Source: a virus. Taken from it: a DNA stretch of 64,000 nucleotides. Location: positions 1-64,000 of the IMG/VR virus record IMGVR_UViG_3300045974_000100; one strand, 5' to 3'. The notes below the pieces were generated by a model that was given only the letters and a program-made list of their open reading frames with translations, ran no database searches and was not told the DNA's origin. Made by a program: the position numbers and the translations under genes. This document shows, piece after piece, positions 1-8,610 of this stretch (its first letter is position 1; every line of letters begins with the position of its first letter).

Positions 1-224
1 CGACCGTGACCGCTGACTGACAAGCCGCCGTTGAAGATCACGACAGTGCTGATGGAGTGCTCCTCAGTGCCGTCATAGGGGCGCACAGCATCGGGCTCGG
101 ACGGCGCAACATACATCGAGTGACCATTGACCTGCCATTCGGCATTCATAGGCAACGTCCCGTATGAAGCGAAGATTTCGAGGTTGCCGTTGTCGTCGCT
201 CTTAACCTTGAATCCGTACGTCAT
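1..224 (-). CDS. Hypothetical phage protein, partial (runs off the window's left edge)
   Basis: Manual translation from ATG at 224: MTYGFKVKSDDNGNLEIFASYGTLPMNAEW..., open to position 1; begins 3 nt after the stop of 228-509. Confidence 0.6.
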   Translation of the reverse strand, partial: MTYGFKVKSDDNGNLEIFASYGTLPMNAEWQVNGHSMYVAPSEPDAVRPYDGTEEHSISTVVIFNGGLSVSGHG

Positions 225-227
225 GGG

Positions 228-509
228 TTACCAATCCCTTGCTATTTGGGCTAACTCGGACAGGATGGGCGACCACTCCTTGATCAACATCTGAGCAGGA
301 CAGTTCACGTCCATGCCGCAGTGCAAGTTGATGAAGGTGTAGTACGCCGACTTGTGCTTACGGCCGGTACGAGTGCGTGTGACTTCAGGCTCCTTGTGGT
401 TCAGAGCCCACGCGTGGTCGTAGCCGCAGGTGTGTTCGGCCTTGATGATGACGGGTGCGTTCCCGCCGGTGACGATGTCCTTACGCAGGATCACCCAGTT
501 GAGCAGCAT
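228..509 (-). CDS. Small hypothetical protein with Cys/His motifs
   Basis: ORF tiles in the minus-strand operon; HTCGY and HCG..CP motifs. Confidence 0.55.
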   Translation of the reverse strand: MLLNWVILRKDIVTGGNAPVIIKAEHTCGYDHAWALNHKEPEVTRTRTGRKHKSAYYTFINLHCGMDVNCPAQMLIKEWSPILSELAQIARDW

Positions 510-979
510 TAGTCCTCGATCTCCGGCAGCACTGCGCTAGTGACGGTGTGCTCCGGGACCGTGAGGCCCTCGGTCTGGATGTAGGTCATCAACTCGTAGA
601 AGTTGTACCGCAGAGCATCAGCCTTGACTACGGCCTCTTCCGCCTCGGCCAACTTCTTCTCGATCACGTCAGCGGCCTTGCCTAGCACGGCTTCGACCTC
701 GAGCGGCTCAGCCGGGAAGATCTGCACATCGGACTTGGGACCGTAGACGACGAACTTCGGGGTCGTGGCTTCGGTGTAGTTCTCACCCTGGGTGATCTCG
801 AACGCGGCGATGCCTGCCGTGCCCTCGGTGAGCATGACGTCGGTGACGATGCCGATGACGAGCTTGTAGGGGCTGGTCGAGTACTCCTGGTGCAGACGCT
901 TGTAGACGTCGCCCTTCTTCAGGTTGATGACGGTGATGATGTCAGCCGAGGCCTGGACGAGCTGGGTGAAGTTAGTCAT
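509..979 (-). CDS. Hypothetical phage protein
   Basis: 156 aa ORF with coupled start/stop and phage-like codon usage. Confidence 0.7.
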   Translation of the reverse strand: MTNFTQLVQASADIITVINLKKGDVYKRLHQEYSTSPYKLVIGIVTDVMLTEGTAGIAAFEITQGENYTEATTPKFVVYGPKSDVQIFPAEPLEVEAVLGKAADVIEKKLAEAEEAVVKADALRYNFYELMTYIQTEGLTVPEHTVTSAVLPEIED

Positions 980-1218
980 GAACGTGGGTCCTTAGGTGCG
1001 TGGAAGATGATGGATTCATTGCCGTGTTCGTCCATACGGACCAGGTCAGGCAACCCGTGGATCGAGGCGATCAGTTCAGACCATTCAGTGTCGTGAAGGA
1101 TGAACTGGCCTGCGTGCTGGAAGGTGCGGTTCTCGTCAGGTGCCACGAAGACCGTGACGGTGATGGGTGAGTTCAGGCCCTTGTGGACTTCGTGGGCGCG
1201 GAACTTGAAGATGCTCAT
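976..1218 (-). CDS. Hypothetical protein
   Basis: ATGA overlaps at both ends. Confidence 0.65.
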   Translation of the reverse strand: MSIFKFRAHEVHKGLNSPITVTVFVAPDENRTFQHAGQFILHDTEWSELIASIHGLPDLVRMDEHGNESIIFHAPKDPRS

Positions 1219-1406
1219 GAGTAGTTACTCGGATCCTCTTGTAGCTGGTTGCAGCCCACGGACAGATCGAGGATGGTCCACTCGTCGATGATGGTTTTGC
1301 CGCCCTCGTAGTGACAGGCGTCGATGCGGAAACGTGTGCAGTAGATGCCGTCCATGGAAGGCATGTGGAGTTCGTCCCCGACCTCCTTGCGGACATTGAC
1401 GATCAT
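1215..1406 (-). CDS. Hypothetical protein
   Basis: Likely start MIVNVRK at the ATGA overlap with the upstream gene; GGAGG SD. Confidence 0.55.
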   Translation of the reverse strand: MIVNVRKEVGDELHMPSMDGIYCTRFRIDACHYEGGKTIIDEWTILDLSVGCNQLQEDPSNYS

Positions 1407-1729
1407 TCCGGCACCTCCGCTGTGAAGATCCACTCGACGCGGACACCGGTGTAGTTGTCCTCAGTGACGCGGAGGCTGTAGTCGCGGTTGGTATGCGGAA
1501 TGTGTTCACCCTTCTCATCAAGCAACGCGTCACACCCTTTGCAATCGACCTCGCGGTAGCGCAGGGTCTGGGAACGCTGCTCAGTAACGACAGTGCCGGG
1601 GAAGTCCTGCTCGAGTTTCCACAGCGCCATCTTCGGGTCCGAGGCCATCTCAGCGACGATGTCGACGTAGGCGTTCTCAATGAGGACTCGGTCAATGTCT
1701 TGGACCCAGCCGTACTGGCGTTTAGTCAT
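1403..1729 (-). CDS. Hypothetical protein
   Basis: Tiles in operon; CxxC motif. Confidence 0.65.
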   Translation of the reverse strand: MTKRQYGWVQDIDRVLIENAYVDIVAEMASDPKMALWKLEQDFPGTVVTEQRSQTLRYREVDCKGCDALLDEKGEHIPHTNRDYSLRVTEDNYTGVRVEWIFTAEVPE

Positions 1730-2018
1730 CCTTCTTCACCCGGTACTCCCGTGACCCTTCCTCTCTCGGTTCCCAATGGGTGACCGTGCCGTCCTCCTGC
1801 GTGGCTGAGAAACCAGCATCAATAAACGGCATGGGGATGATCTTGCCGTCCAGGAAACCGCCATGCAGTTGCACCAGGAACGGACGCGGAGTGGTCGGAG
1901 GCCAGTTCTTGAAACGGCCGTTGATCATGGTGATGCGTTGCCGTTCGTAGGCCTCAGCCTCCACCTGGAACGGGATCGGCACGCGGGTGTGCAATTCGGC
2001 TTCGAGCTCATCGCTCAT
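1722..2018 (-). CDS. Hypothetical protein
   Basis: GGAGG SD upstream of ATG 2018. Confidence 0.65.
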   Translation of the reverse strand: MSDELEAELHTRVPIPFQVEAEAYERQRITMINGRFKNWPPTTPRPFLVQLHGGFLDGKIIPMPFIDAGFSATQEDGTVTHWEPREEGSREYRVKKDD

Positions 2019-2029
2019 GGGTTTCCTCC

Positions 2030-2116
2030 AAAGAAAATGCCCCCACCCCGAAAGGCAAGAGCGTCTGGCAGGCTGTGCGGGAGGGGGTCCCTCGGTGAGC
2101 GGCCTTGGGACCCCCG
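2030..2116 (-). terminator. Two stem-loops after DUF932; putative intrinsic terminator
   Basis: GGGGGTCCC...GGGACCCCC inverted repeat (~2083-2115), then a GC-rich hairpin followed by TTTTCTTT on the minus strand. Confidence 0.5.
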
Positions 2117-2126
2117 TTCACCCCAC

Positions 2127-3113
2127 CTACAGGGCTGCCAGGATGCGTAGCGCGTCGGTTTTGGACGAGTCTCCGCGGAGCATCTGACGTTTGATGCGGG
2201 TGTCTTCGCTGTTCGCTCGGGTGAAGTGGTCAGCCATCTCGATCGCCGTCTGCATGACACCGTAGGCGTTGCCCCGGATCCCGTCAGTGGTGACAGCGTT
2301 CTCGTAGATGTTCTGGAACTGGGCCCGGCGCTGCATGACGCGGGACAACTGCACCCCACTCATGTCCGTGGAGTGCGGGATCCACTTGTCGATGAACTCG
2401 ACGAGCTGCGTCTTGGAGATCTGCTTGGTGACCAGTTCGGTGGCGATCTCCTTCCACTCCTCCTGGGTGCGGATGGCCTCGAGCATGGCCCGTCGTGCGT
2501 CCTTGACACGTTCCTGCCAGTTCGCGGTGTGCTTGATGGTCCAGCCGAACTTGTGCTTCTTGATGTTGTGGTCGGCGGCCGCCATCGTGTTCGCACAGAC
2601 AATGCGCACGGACGAGGCTCCGGCCCTCAGGCCTGAAGAGCCGTCGTGCGACGTCCAGAAGTTGGCGTAGTTCGCTGTGAGCGAAGGGTCCGTGGGGATC
2701 TGGAAAGGCTCGTCGACCAGGATCGTGGCGGCGATCGACCGACCACCGTCGAGGGAGACGACAGCGTCGAAGTTCAGCCGGCGCCCCAGGTCGCTGCCCA
2801 TGATGGCGTCGATGGTGTCACCGAACGTCTTGTTGTCGATGAGGGCGTAGGTGGACTTAGCCATGCCGAGGACCTCATCGGTGTCGTCACGGCGGATCTG
2901 CTTGAAAGCGTCCGAGTAGAGCAATCTCTGCTCTGTGGCGGTGGGCGCCAGTGGGTGGTCCCAGTAAGGCATGGGGACTTCGTACACGTCCCAGTCCATG
3001 CCGGCGATTGTGGCGGCCTCGGCGAAGGACTCGGGGTACTCGTCAACGACGGTTCCCATGCCGTGCCAGGCGGGTACGCGGACGAACACTCCGCGGTCGA
3101 AACGTGGTGCCAT
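2127..3113 (-). CDS. DUF932 family phage/plasmid protein
   Basis: Motifs PAWHGMG, AGMDWDV, SLDGGR, TSHDGSSG, RIVCANT, IKHT typical of DUF932. Confidence 0.85.
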   Translation of the reverse strand: MAPRFDRGVFVRVPAWHGMGTVVDEYPESFAEAATIAGMDWDVYEVPMPYWDHPLAPTATEQRLLYSDAFKQIRRDDTDEVLGMAKSTYALIDNKTFGDTIDAIMGSDLGRRLNFDAVVSLDGGRSIAATILVDEPFQIPTDPSLTANYANFWTSHDGSSGLRAGASSVRIVCANTMAAADHNIKKHKFGWTIKHTANWQERVKDARRAMLEAIRTQEEWKEIATELVTKQISKTQLVEFIDKWIPHSTDMSGVQLSRVMQRRAQFQNIYENAVTTDGIRGNAYGVMQTAIEMADHFTRANSEDTRIKRQMLRGDSSKTDALRILAAL

Positions 3114-3130
3114 GTGGTGCTCCTTGTGTG

Positions 3131-3469
3131 TCAGTCGCTCGAGTAGTGCTCCATCGTGACGTGTGCGATTGACCGGCGGAAGCCTTCGATGAGGTATTCC
3201 TTGGGAGCGCCGCAGTGTTCTGTGTGTCGGATCAGTTCAGCTGCAAGCGCTTTGGCCATTTCCGTGGTGATCGCGTGGAGTTCGAGGTAGTCGTCACGAA
3301 GCTGTTGGACGGCTGCACTGTCCTTCGCAGTGCCGATGAGGTCTTCATAGACGTAGGTGGCGGCCGCGCTGACAGGGAGAGCAGCCTTGGCCAGGCCACC
3401 CTCCCCGTCAGTGTCTTCCAGGAACGCCAAGGTGATGGCGAGCATGGACAGACGCGCGTCGGATGTCAT
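3131..3469 (-). CDS. Hypothetical protein
   Basis: Tiles in operon. Confidence 0.65.
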   Translation of the reverse strand: MTSDARLSMLAITLAFLEDTDGEGGLAKAALPVSAAATYVYEDLIGTAKDSAAVQQLRDDYLELHAITTEMAKALAAELIRHTEHCGAPKEYLIEGFRRSIAHVTMEHYSSD

Positions 3470-3843
3470 TACAGGTACTGGAACGACACGTCGATGCGGC
3501 CCTTTTGGACGTTCAGTTCCAGGGCCTGGGTGACGTTGCCTTCCGGGTCGTGCTTGAGCAGGGTGAGGGAACCACCGACGGTGAAGTTCTGTCCCTCGAC
3601 CGGGAGGATCGCGTAGTCGTCTTCGGTGGGCTGGTATTCGTCATAGCCAGCGTCGACGAGGTCTGCAGGGTCGTAGTCGGCGTACTCGGTGACGTCGACG
3701 GGCGGTTCGAATCCGCGCATGGGTGTGAGCCCGATGAGGTTGTCGTCGGGGATGCCGGGCGGGATGGGCATGTTGGGTAGGGCTGCGTCGGGCTGGGGGA
3801 CGCGGCGGCGGCGGGTGGGGCGGTCAGCGGGTGACTCAGACAC
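3469..3843 (-). CDS. Hypothetical acidic/Pro-rich protein
   Basis: Tiles in operon; D/E/P-rich. Confidence 0.65.
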   Translation of the reverse strand: MSESPADRPTRRRRVPQPDAALPNMPIPPGIPDDNLIGLTPMRGFEPPVDVTEYADYDPADLVDAGYDEYQPTEDDYAILPVEGQNFTVGGSLTLLKHDPEGNVTQALELNVQKGRIDVSFQYL

Positions 3844-4051
3844 TGGTTTTCCCTTCGATGTATCGGCGAAGTTCAGCGGCCTGAACGCGGGCGCGTGGCT
3901 GCTTGGAGTCCTTCACTCGAATGTCCACGGTGGCGAGTTCGCCTGTTTTGATGAGCCGGTAGACATGCATCCGGGAACATCGTAGAGCGTCTGCCACATC
4001 GGGAATGGTGAGTAGCTGGGGTGTTCCCGTGAGCGGTTCGGGTGTCTCCAT
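3836..4051 (-). CDS. Excisionase-like HTH (HTH_17) DNA-binding protein
   Basis: LLTIPDVADALRCSRMHVYRLIKTGELAT...RV..AELRRYI pattern. Confidence 0.85.
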   Translation of the reverse strand: METPEPLTGTPQLLTIPDVADALRCSRMHVYRLIKTGELATVDIRVKDSKQPRARVQAAELRRYIEGKTSV

Positions 4052-4090
4052 GCGTCACATACTGCATCACACCGTCACCGGTGTCTAGTC

Positions 4091-4675
4091 CTAGAGGACA
4101 GGCATCCCAGAAATCGGTCCAGCGACCGTCAAATAGATGCTCGTCACCGAACCGTTGATCTGATAGCAGGCCACATAGGACCCGATAACGTCCCCAGCCA
4201 CGCACGGAATCAGTGCCATGGCATTGGCGAACGCCGTGTTGCCGTTGATGTCCGTGACCAACGTCTTGCCGTTGACCATGGCAACCGTATTGACCGAGAA
4301 GTCGTGCTCGAAGTGGGACGTACCAGTACCAGGAGCGAAACCTGCCTGCGCAGTGGCGATGTAGAGCCCGTCTCGAGCCACCACCACACCGCCAGAACTG
4401 AACGTCATATCGGTGTCATTGGCCGACGAATACAGACCCTCCCACGACACCTGCACTGGAGCGGCACCAAACGTGAGAGCGATCGGGGTAGTGGTCTTGT
4501 ACACAACGATCGACCCGGCCGGCGGTGATGGGGTAATGCCTTGCCATTCGCCGTTCTTGTACATCAGCGCATGCGTCGGGCCGCCAGGGAGAACATCAGT
4601 GAGGTCAGTCAACTGATGGGTGTGACCCAACCTGGCCTGCTGAGTGCCCACCTTCATACCGGGATTGCCAGCCAT
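4091..4675 (-). CDS. Minor tail / receptor-binding-like protein with C-terminal beta-sandwich
   Basis: GHTHQLTDLTDV trimerisation-like motif; C-terminal 'RDGLYIATAQA...CVAGDVI' jelly-roll-like pattern. Confidence 0.6.
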   Translation of the reverse strand: MAGNPGMKVGTQQARLGHTHQLTDLTDVLPGGPTHALMYKNGEWQGITPSPPAGSIVVYKTTTPIALTFGAAPVQVSWEGLYSSANDTDMTFSSGGVVVARDGLYIATAQAGFAPGTGTSHFEHDFSVNTVAMVNGKTLVTDINGNTAFANAMALIPCVAGDVIGSYVACYQINGSVTSIYLTVAGPISGMPVL

Positions 4676-5982
4676 TACGGCACCGTCACTCTCAACGTGA
4701 ATAGCGGAAGGGTGTCAGTCAAACCGATATGAGCGTCCAGGTGGTTCGTGCCGATGCCGGCCGACAGGACGTTGTTCCACATCAGGCCTTTAGCGTCCCC
4801 ATGCAGTAACGGATTCAAGAAGTCCGCAGCACCGGCGACCTGCAAGATGTACATGCGGTATTGCCCGCTTGGCTGCCCGGATCCGCTCCATGCGTCGATG
4901 TTCAGTCCGAGGACCCAGCCACCCGTACCGGTCAAACCAGTGATTGTGCCTTCAACCCACCTGGTGGTGTCAGTGATGTGCACACACCGCACCCGGTTGC
5001 CGATCGCATACGAACCCATGTTGTTGCCGCCAGTGGTGGCCACGCTGATGATGTTCGCGCCCATAGCTGGAGCGAAAGCGCCCACGATCGTGTTGTTGTA
5101 GCCGGCGGACACGAAAGGCAACGAGATCCATGCTTCAGTGCCAGGAAACATCCCCACGCCGGCGAACGCTGTACCGGTGAGGTACTGGTGGCCGGTGGTG
5201 GAGTCAAACGTCACCGACATGTCAGCGTAGGTGTGCAACTTCCACGGGATCGTCTGTCGCGCCGTCACACCCAACTGAGGAAGCGAGGACACATAGACCT
5301 CAACCTTGGACACTGTCGACCCGATAAGTGGTTGAAGGTCAGCAAGGTCATACCAACTCAAACCCTGCCAATAGTCGAAACCAGTACCAGAAGTTCCTGT
5401 CCGGCCGGTGATGGCGTGCAGTGTTGCAGGGTCAACCCAATCCCATCCGTCGGTGCTGCTGCCGCCACCAGAGCCCACAAGATACGGCTTGATGTAGTAG
5501 ACGCCAGAGGTGTTGAGCGCATCAATGAAGTTGATCGTGCCATCAGTGATGTTGAGCGTGATTGCTGTGTTGATGCCCGTTCCGGTGCCGGTGACGTTCG
5601 CCGACTCAGGGGAGGTGATGAGGTCAGATAAGGCCGCCACCACACGATGCTGATAGCGGCCCGTTCCCAACCCGTTCAACGTGATCGATGCTGTTGTGCC
5701 CGTGTCGGGTTGCGGTGTGGATGCCACGATCTTGTTGTTGGACACGTCGACCAGGAGGTAGAAGTTCGCCCCACTGACCTGGTTCCACGTGTAGGTGATG
5801 ATGCCGTAGTTGCCGCTCACGCTGAATGTCGCCACAAACCCGGTCGGGGCCGAGAGAGCGTCGGTGATCGACTTCGGCGTCCATGTGTCACTCGGTCCGA
5901 CGGTCCAGTCCGAGCCGACCATGTTGCCGCTAAACGGAAGGAAGATCCTCGGTGTAGGAGTACTCGTCAGACGGCTCATCAA
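4675..5982 (-). CDS. Minor tail / fibre-like protein with FN3-like segment
   Basis: SAPTGF...YTWNQVSGANFY...GLGTGRYQHRVVA FN3 pattern; G/T/S-rich. Confidence 0.6.
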   Translation of the reverse strand: MMSRLTSTPTPRIFLPFSGNMVGSDWTVGPSDTWTPKSITDALSAPTGFVATFSVSGNYGIITYTWNQVSGANFYLLVDVSNNKIVASTPQPDTGTTASITLNGLGTGRYQHRVVAALSDLITSPESANVTGTGTGINTAITLNITDGTINFIDALNTSGVYYIKPYLVGSGGGSSTDGWDWVDPATLHAITGRTGTSGTGFDYWQGLSWYDLADLQPLIGSTVSKVEVYVSSLPQLGVTARQTIPWKLHTYADMSVTFDSTTGHQYLTGTAFAGVGMFPGTEAWISLPFVSAGYNNTIVGAFAPAMGANIISVATTGGNNMGSYAIGNRVRCVHITDTTRWVEGTITGLTGTGGWVLGLNIDAWSGSGQPSGQYRMYILQVAGAADFLNPLLHGDAKGLMWNNVLSAGIGTNHLDAHIGLTDTLPLFTLRVTVP

Positions 5983-6487
5983 TTCGCTCCACGCTTGTGG
6001 TGTACATGGCGTTGGCTGCGGCTTGTTCCAAAGCCAAACGGTACCCCTCGGGGTCGTTTCGGGTGACGAGCGTGTGTAGCAACGTCGCCGAATCCAATGT
6101 CTCCAGGCCCATCAACTTGGCCCGTTTGTCGATGTAGGACAGCACCGTCCGAGCGGCGTTCACGTCGCCAGCGAGGGCGGCCGGATAGATCGCAGCCTGC
6201 ATCTCGTCGAGCCGTTCAATCTCCAACTGCAGCTGCTCGGTCTTCTTGGCCTGGGACACCATGTCGGCGGCCTCTTTGAGGTGCGTCACGGTGATCTGGC
6301 TGACCTCGTGGTGGGTGATGCCCAGTTCCTCGGCGATCTGCCAATAGGACTTGCCCTGGCGCCGGAGCCGGAGAGCCTCAGCGTTGCGCTTGTCGCGTTC
6401 CTCTTGTTCAGCGATCTCCGCCTCGGCTAACTGCCGGGCTTCGATCTCCTTGGCGAGCAAACCGCCGGCTGTGGGCTTACGAGGCAT
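5930..6487 (-). CDS. HTH DNA-binding protein, terminase small subunit-like
   Basis: ALRLRRQGKSYWQIAEELGI HTH followed by LEIERLD...AGDVNAA...IDKRAKLMGL; start MPRKP at 6487 chosen by eye. Confidence 0.6.
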   Translation of the reverse strand: MPRKPTAGGLLAKEIEARQLAEAEIAEQEERDKRNAEALRLRRQGKSYWQIAEELGITHHEVSQITVTHLKEAADMVSQAKKTEQLQLEIERLDEMQAAIYPAALAGDVNAARTVLSYIDKRAKLMGLETLDSATLLHTLVTRNDPEGYRLALEQAAANAMYTTSVERIDEPSDEYSYTEDLPSV

Positions 6488-6767
6488 GAGCGACACCTTC
6501 CTGGCTGTGGGTTATAGATTCCCACAAAGCGAACGCCACGGCCCTGTTGCCGGAAGCCATACGGAGCAGTTTGCGCCGTTCAGCGGCGGACTGGCCTCCC
6601 CACACTCCCCATTGGTCCTCAGTCTTGAGAGCCAACTTCAAGCAACGGGCCGTGGCATGACACCAACCACAGATCGCTTTTGCCTTGAGGATCTCGCAAT
6701 GCGTCATCACTTCGTCAAGCCCGAACATCACCACTGGGCTCAAGCCCTTGCATAGGGCCTTCTCCAT
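6477..6767 (-). CDS. whiB: WhiB family Fe-S transcription factor
   Basis: ALC...AKAICGWC...C...WGVWGG.SAAERR signature; start MEKALC at 6767. Confidence 0.92.
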   Translation of the reverse strand: MEKALCKGLSPVVMFGLDEVMTHCEILKAKAICGWCHATARCLKLALKTEDQWGVWGGQSAAERRKLLRMASGNRAVAFALWESITHSQEGVAHAS

Positions 6768-7278
6768 CGTCGAATCCGAAATACGAGTGTCCGAATAGGG
6801 CGATACACGCAGCGTCGATGCTGTCCTGGGACGAGCAGAAGTCAAAGATGTCCGGGTGCTCAACTGCGAGCCACCTCGCAATGTCGCTCTTGCTGGCATT
6901 CCCCGCCCCTATGACTTTCTTCTTCCACACCATGGGATGAACAAACGTCAATCGCGACAATGGGACCCCAGCGCCATAAGCGGCAGAGGCCAAAGCCCCT
7001 TGAACGCGAGACATCCTCAACCCGGTTCGCATGTCCTTGTGGCCTTGAATCGAGTCCTCGATGACGACATAAGGTTCCCACTCCGGTGGCGCCGCGGAGA
7101 TGAACCCTCCCAACCACTGGGCCAAATTGGTGATGTAGAGCGTGTCGTCCTGCTTCTCAGCCAACTCCATTTCCTTCGTGGCCCACCAATCACCGGGATA
7201 CCAATGGCTTGAAGGGAAGAACGATGCGATGGCAATGCGCCTGGTCGCATAGTCGACACCGATGATGTACGGAGTCAC
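6715..7278 (-). CDS. RuvC-like Holliday junction resolvase
   Basis: IIGVD, VVIED, HPMVWKKKVIGAGNASK, D..DAACIA; GTG start 7278. Confidence 0.85.
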   Translation of the reverse strand: MTPYIIGVDYATRRIAIASFFPSSHWYPGDWWATKEMELAEKQDDTLYITNLAQWLGGFISAAPPEWEPYVVIEDSIQGHKDMRTGLRMSRVQGALASAAYGAGVPLSRLTFVHPMVWKKKVIGAGNASKSDIARWLAVEHPDIFDFCSSQDSIDAACIALFGHSYFGFDDGEGPMQGLEPSGDVRA

Positions 7279-7847
7279 AGTCCTGCTTTCTTCGAGCAGA
7301 CAGGCCAAGCACCCCATCCCTGACGGGCCTGGATGTATTTGGCTAAGCGGAGCTGCTGTGCGGCGCTGGTGAAGCGGGCCTTGTCAGCCTTGACCCCGAT
7401 GTTGGGGAACCAGCGCTTGTCGATCTGGAACAGGCCCACGTAGGTGTGGGACCAGTCGACTTCGTGGACGTGCATGCGGCTTTCACAGAAAGCGATGGTC
7501 ATCCAAGGTTCCGGCAACACCATTGAACGCGAGGAGAGCAACGTACTCTTCCGGCGTGAGGATGACGGCTGCAAGGTCGGGGTCGATGACTCCACTACGG
7601 CCGACGACTTTGTAGTTCCTGAGGATCTGTTCCCATGACTCAACTTCGGCATTGGGGAAAAGAACGTCAGTGGCCTGCTTGAGGCCAGGTGGGGCTTCGC
7701 TGGAGACACGCCAGCCGTCAAGGTCTCGGGTGTAGATCGGGATGAGGGCGCCGATGCTACGTCTTGCGGTGCAGAGGAGGGACCCCAAAGGAGGCTCAAC
7801 GTCAGGCAACTCATCAAGGTTAAGGAACTCAACTTCCATATCTTCAT
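7275..7847 (-). CDS. Resuscitation-promoting factor (Rpf)-like lytic transglycosylase
   Basis: W..IAFCES, GLFQI, QQ...A..IQARQGWGAWPVCS; N-terminal signal-like segment; start uncertain (7847 or 7523). Confidence 0.85.
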   Translation of the reverse strand: MKIWKLSSLTLMSCLTLSLLWGPSSAPQDVASAPSSRSTPETLTAGVSPAKPHLASSRPLTFFSPMPKLSHGNRSSGTTKSSAVVESSTPTLQPSSSRRKSTLLSSRSMVLPEPWMTIAFCESRMHVHEVDWSHTYVGLFQIDKRWFPNIGVKADKARFTSAAQQLRLAKYIQARQGWGAWPVCSKKAGL

Positions 7848-7857
7848 CAGTCTCCAA
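7483..7857 (-). CDS. Hypothetical protein overlapping the Rpf N-terminus
   Basis: 124 aa ORF with globular composition, starts just after the stop at 7860. Confidence 0.5.
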   Translation of the reverse strand: METDEDMEVEFLNLDELPDVEPPLGSLLCTARRSIGALIPIYTRDLDGWRVSSEAPPGLKQATDVLFPNAEVESWEQILRNYKVVGRSGVIDPDLAAVILTPEEYVALLAFNGVAGTLDDHRFL

Positions 7858-7859
7858 TG

Positions 7860-8234
7860 TCAGAGGGACATCGACGCGCGAACCGAAGCGCCCATGGACT
7901 GGAACAGGGACACCTTCGTCCGCACCATCTCGGCACGTGCACGGCAGGCCTTCACCGACATTTCGGCTCCGGCCAGTTCTTCGCGTTCGCGTTCAGTGTT
8001 CACGTCGATGGTGGCGTCGGCTAGGGCCACAGTCATCTTTTCTCCGGACCGGTAGATCGCTACGCGGGCCTTGGCCTGAGCCAACTCGTAACTCTTCTTC
8101 GCCTCAACGTAGGCCTGCTCAGCGTCGATGAGGTCTTCGGTGACGCCTTCAAGGTCGAGTTCCACCTGCAGGAGGCGTTGCTCGATCTCCATCGGTGTCA
8201 TCGGTTGACGGTTCTTGGTACGTGGTGGGGTCAT
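7860..8234 (-). CDS. Coiled-coil hypothetical protein
   Basis: Heptad-rich EIEQRLLQVELDLEGVTEDL...; start approximate. Confidence 0.65.
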   Translation of the reverse strand: MTPPRTKNRQPMTPMEIEQRLLQVELDLEGVTEDLIDAEQAYVEAKKSYELAQAKARVAIYRSGEKMTVALADATIDVNTEREREELAGAEMSVKACRARAEMVRTKVSLFQSMGASVRASMSL

Positions 8235-8610
8235 TGTCGTTGATCCTTGTGTAGGTGCCGTCATCGTTGAGCATTGCCAGGAAAGCGCGATGCAAACGGA
8301 CCGGCACGAGGTAGGACAGTTGGTTGCCACGGATCATCCAGCCGTTCTGGTAAGCGACAGCAGGACTCAAGTGGATCGAATCGACGCTGCCGTTGTGGCA
8401 GTTGTGGTGGCAGATCAGCAGATTGCTGGGACGGTTGTCGGCGCGTTTACCGGTCTTGCGGTGGTGGACGGCGAACTGGTTCGTCATCGGGAAACCGCAC
8501 ACATCGCAGTAGCCGCGGGAACGCACCCACAGCACCATCCGGATGTTAGTCATCAAGCGCCGGTACTTGAGCCTGGTAGCAGTGCGGGGCGAAACCGCAG
8601 TTGTTTTCAA
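8149..8610 (-). CDS. HNH endonuclease
   Basis: CDVCG...HHRK...NLLICHHNCH...IH motif. Confidence 0.85.
   Translation of the reverse strand: MKTTAVSPRTATRLKYRRLMTNIRMVLWVRSRGYCDVCGFPMTNQFAVHHRKTGKRADNRPSNLLICHHNCHNGSVDSIHLSPAVAYQNGWMIRGNQLSYLVPVRLHRAFLAMLNDDGTYTRINDNDPTTYQEPSTDDTDGDRATPPAGGTRP

Noticed and set aside
3836-4090. Excisionase as a marker of an att site or integration module
   Set aside because: No integrase or recognisable att core in the window
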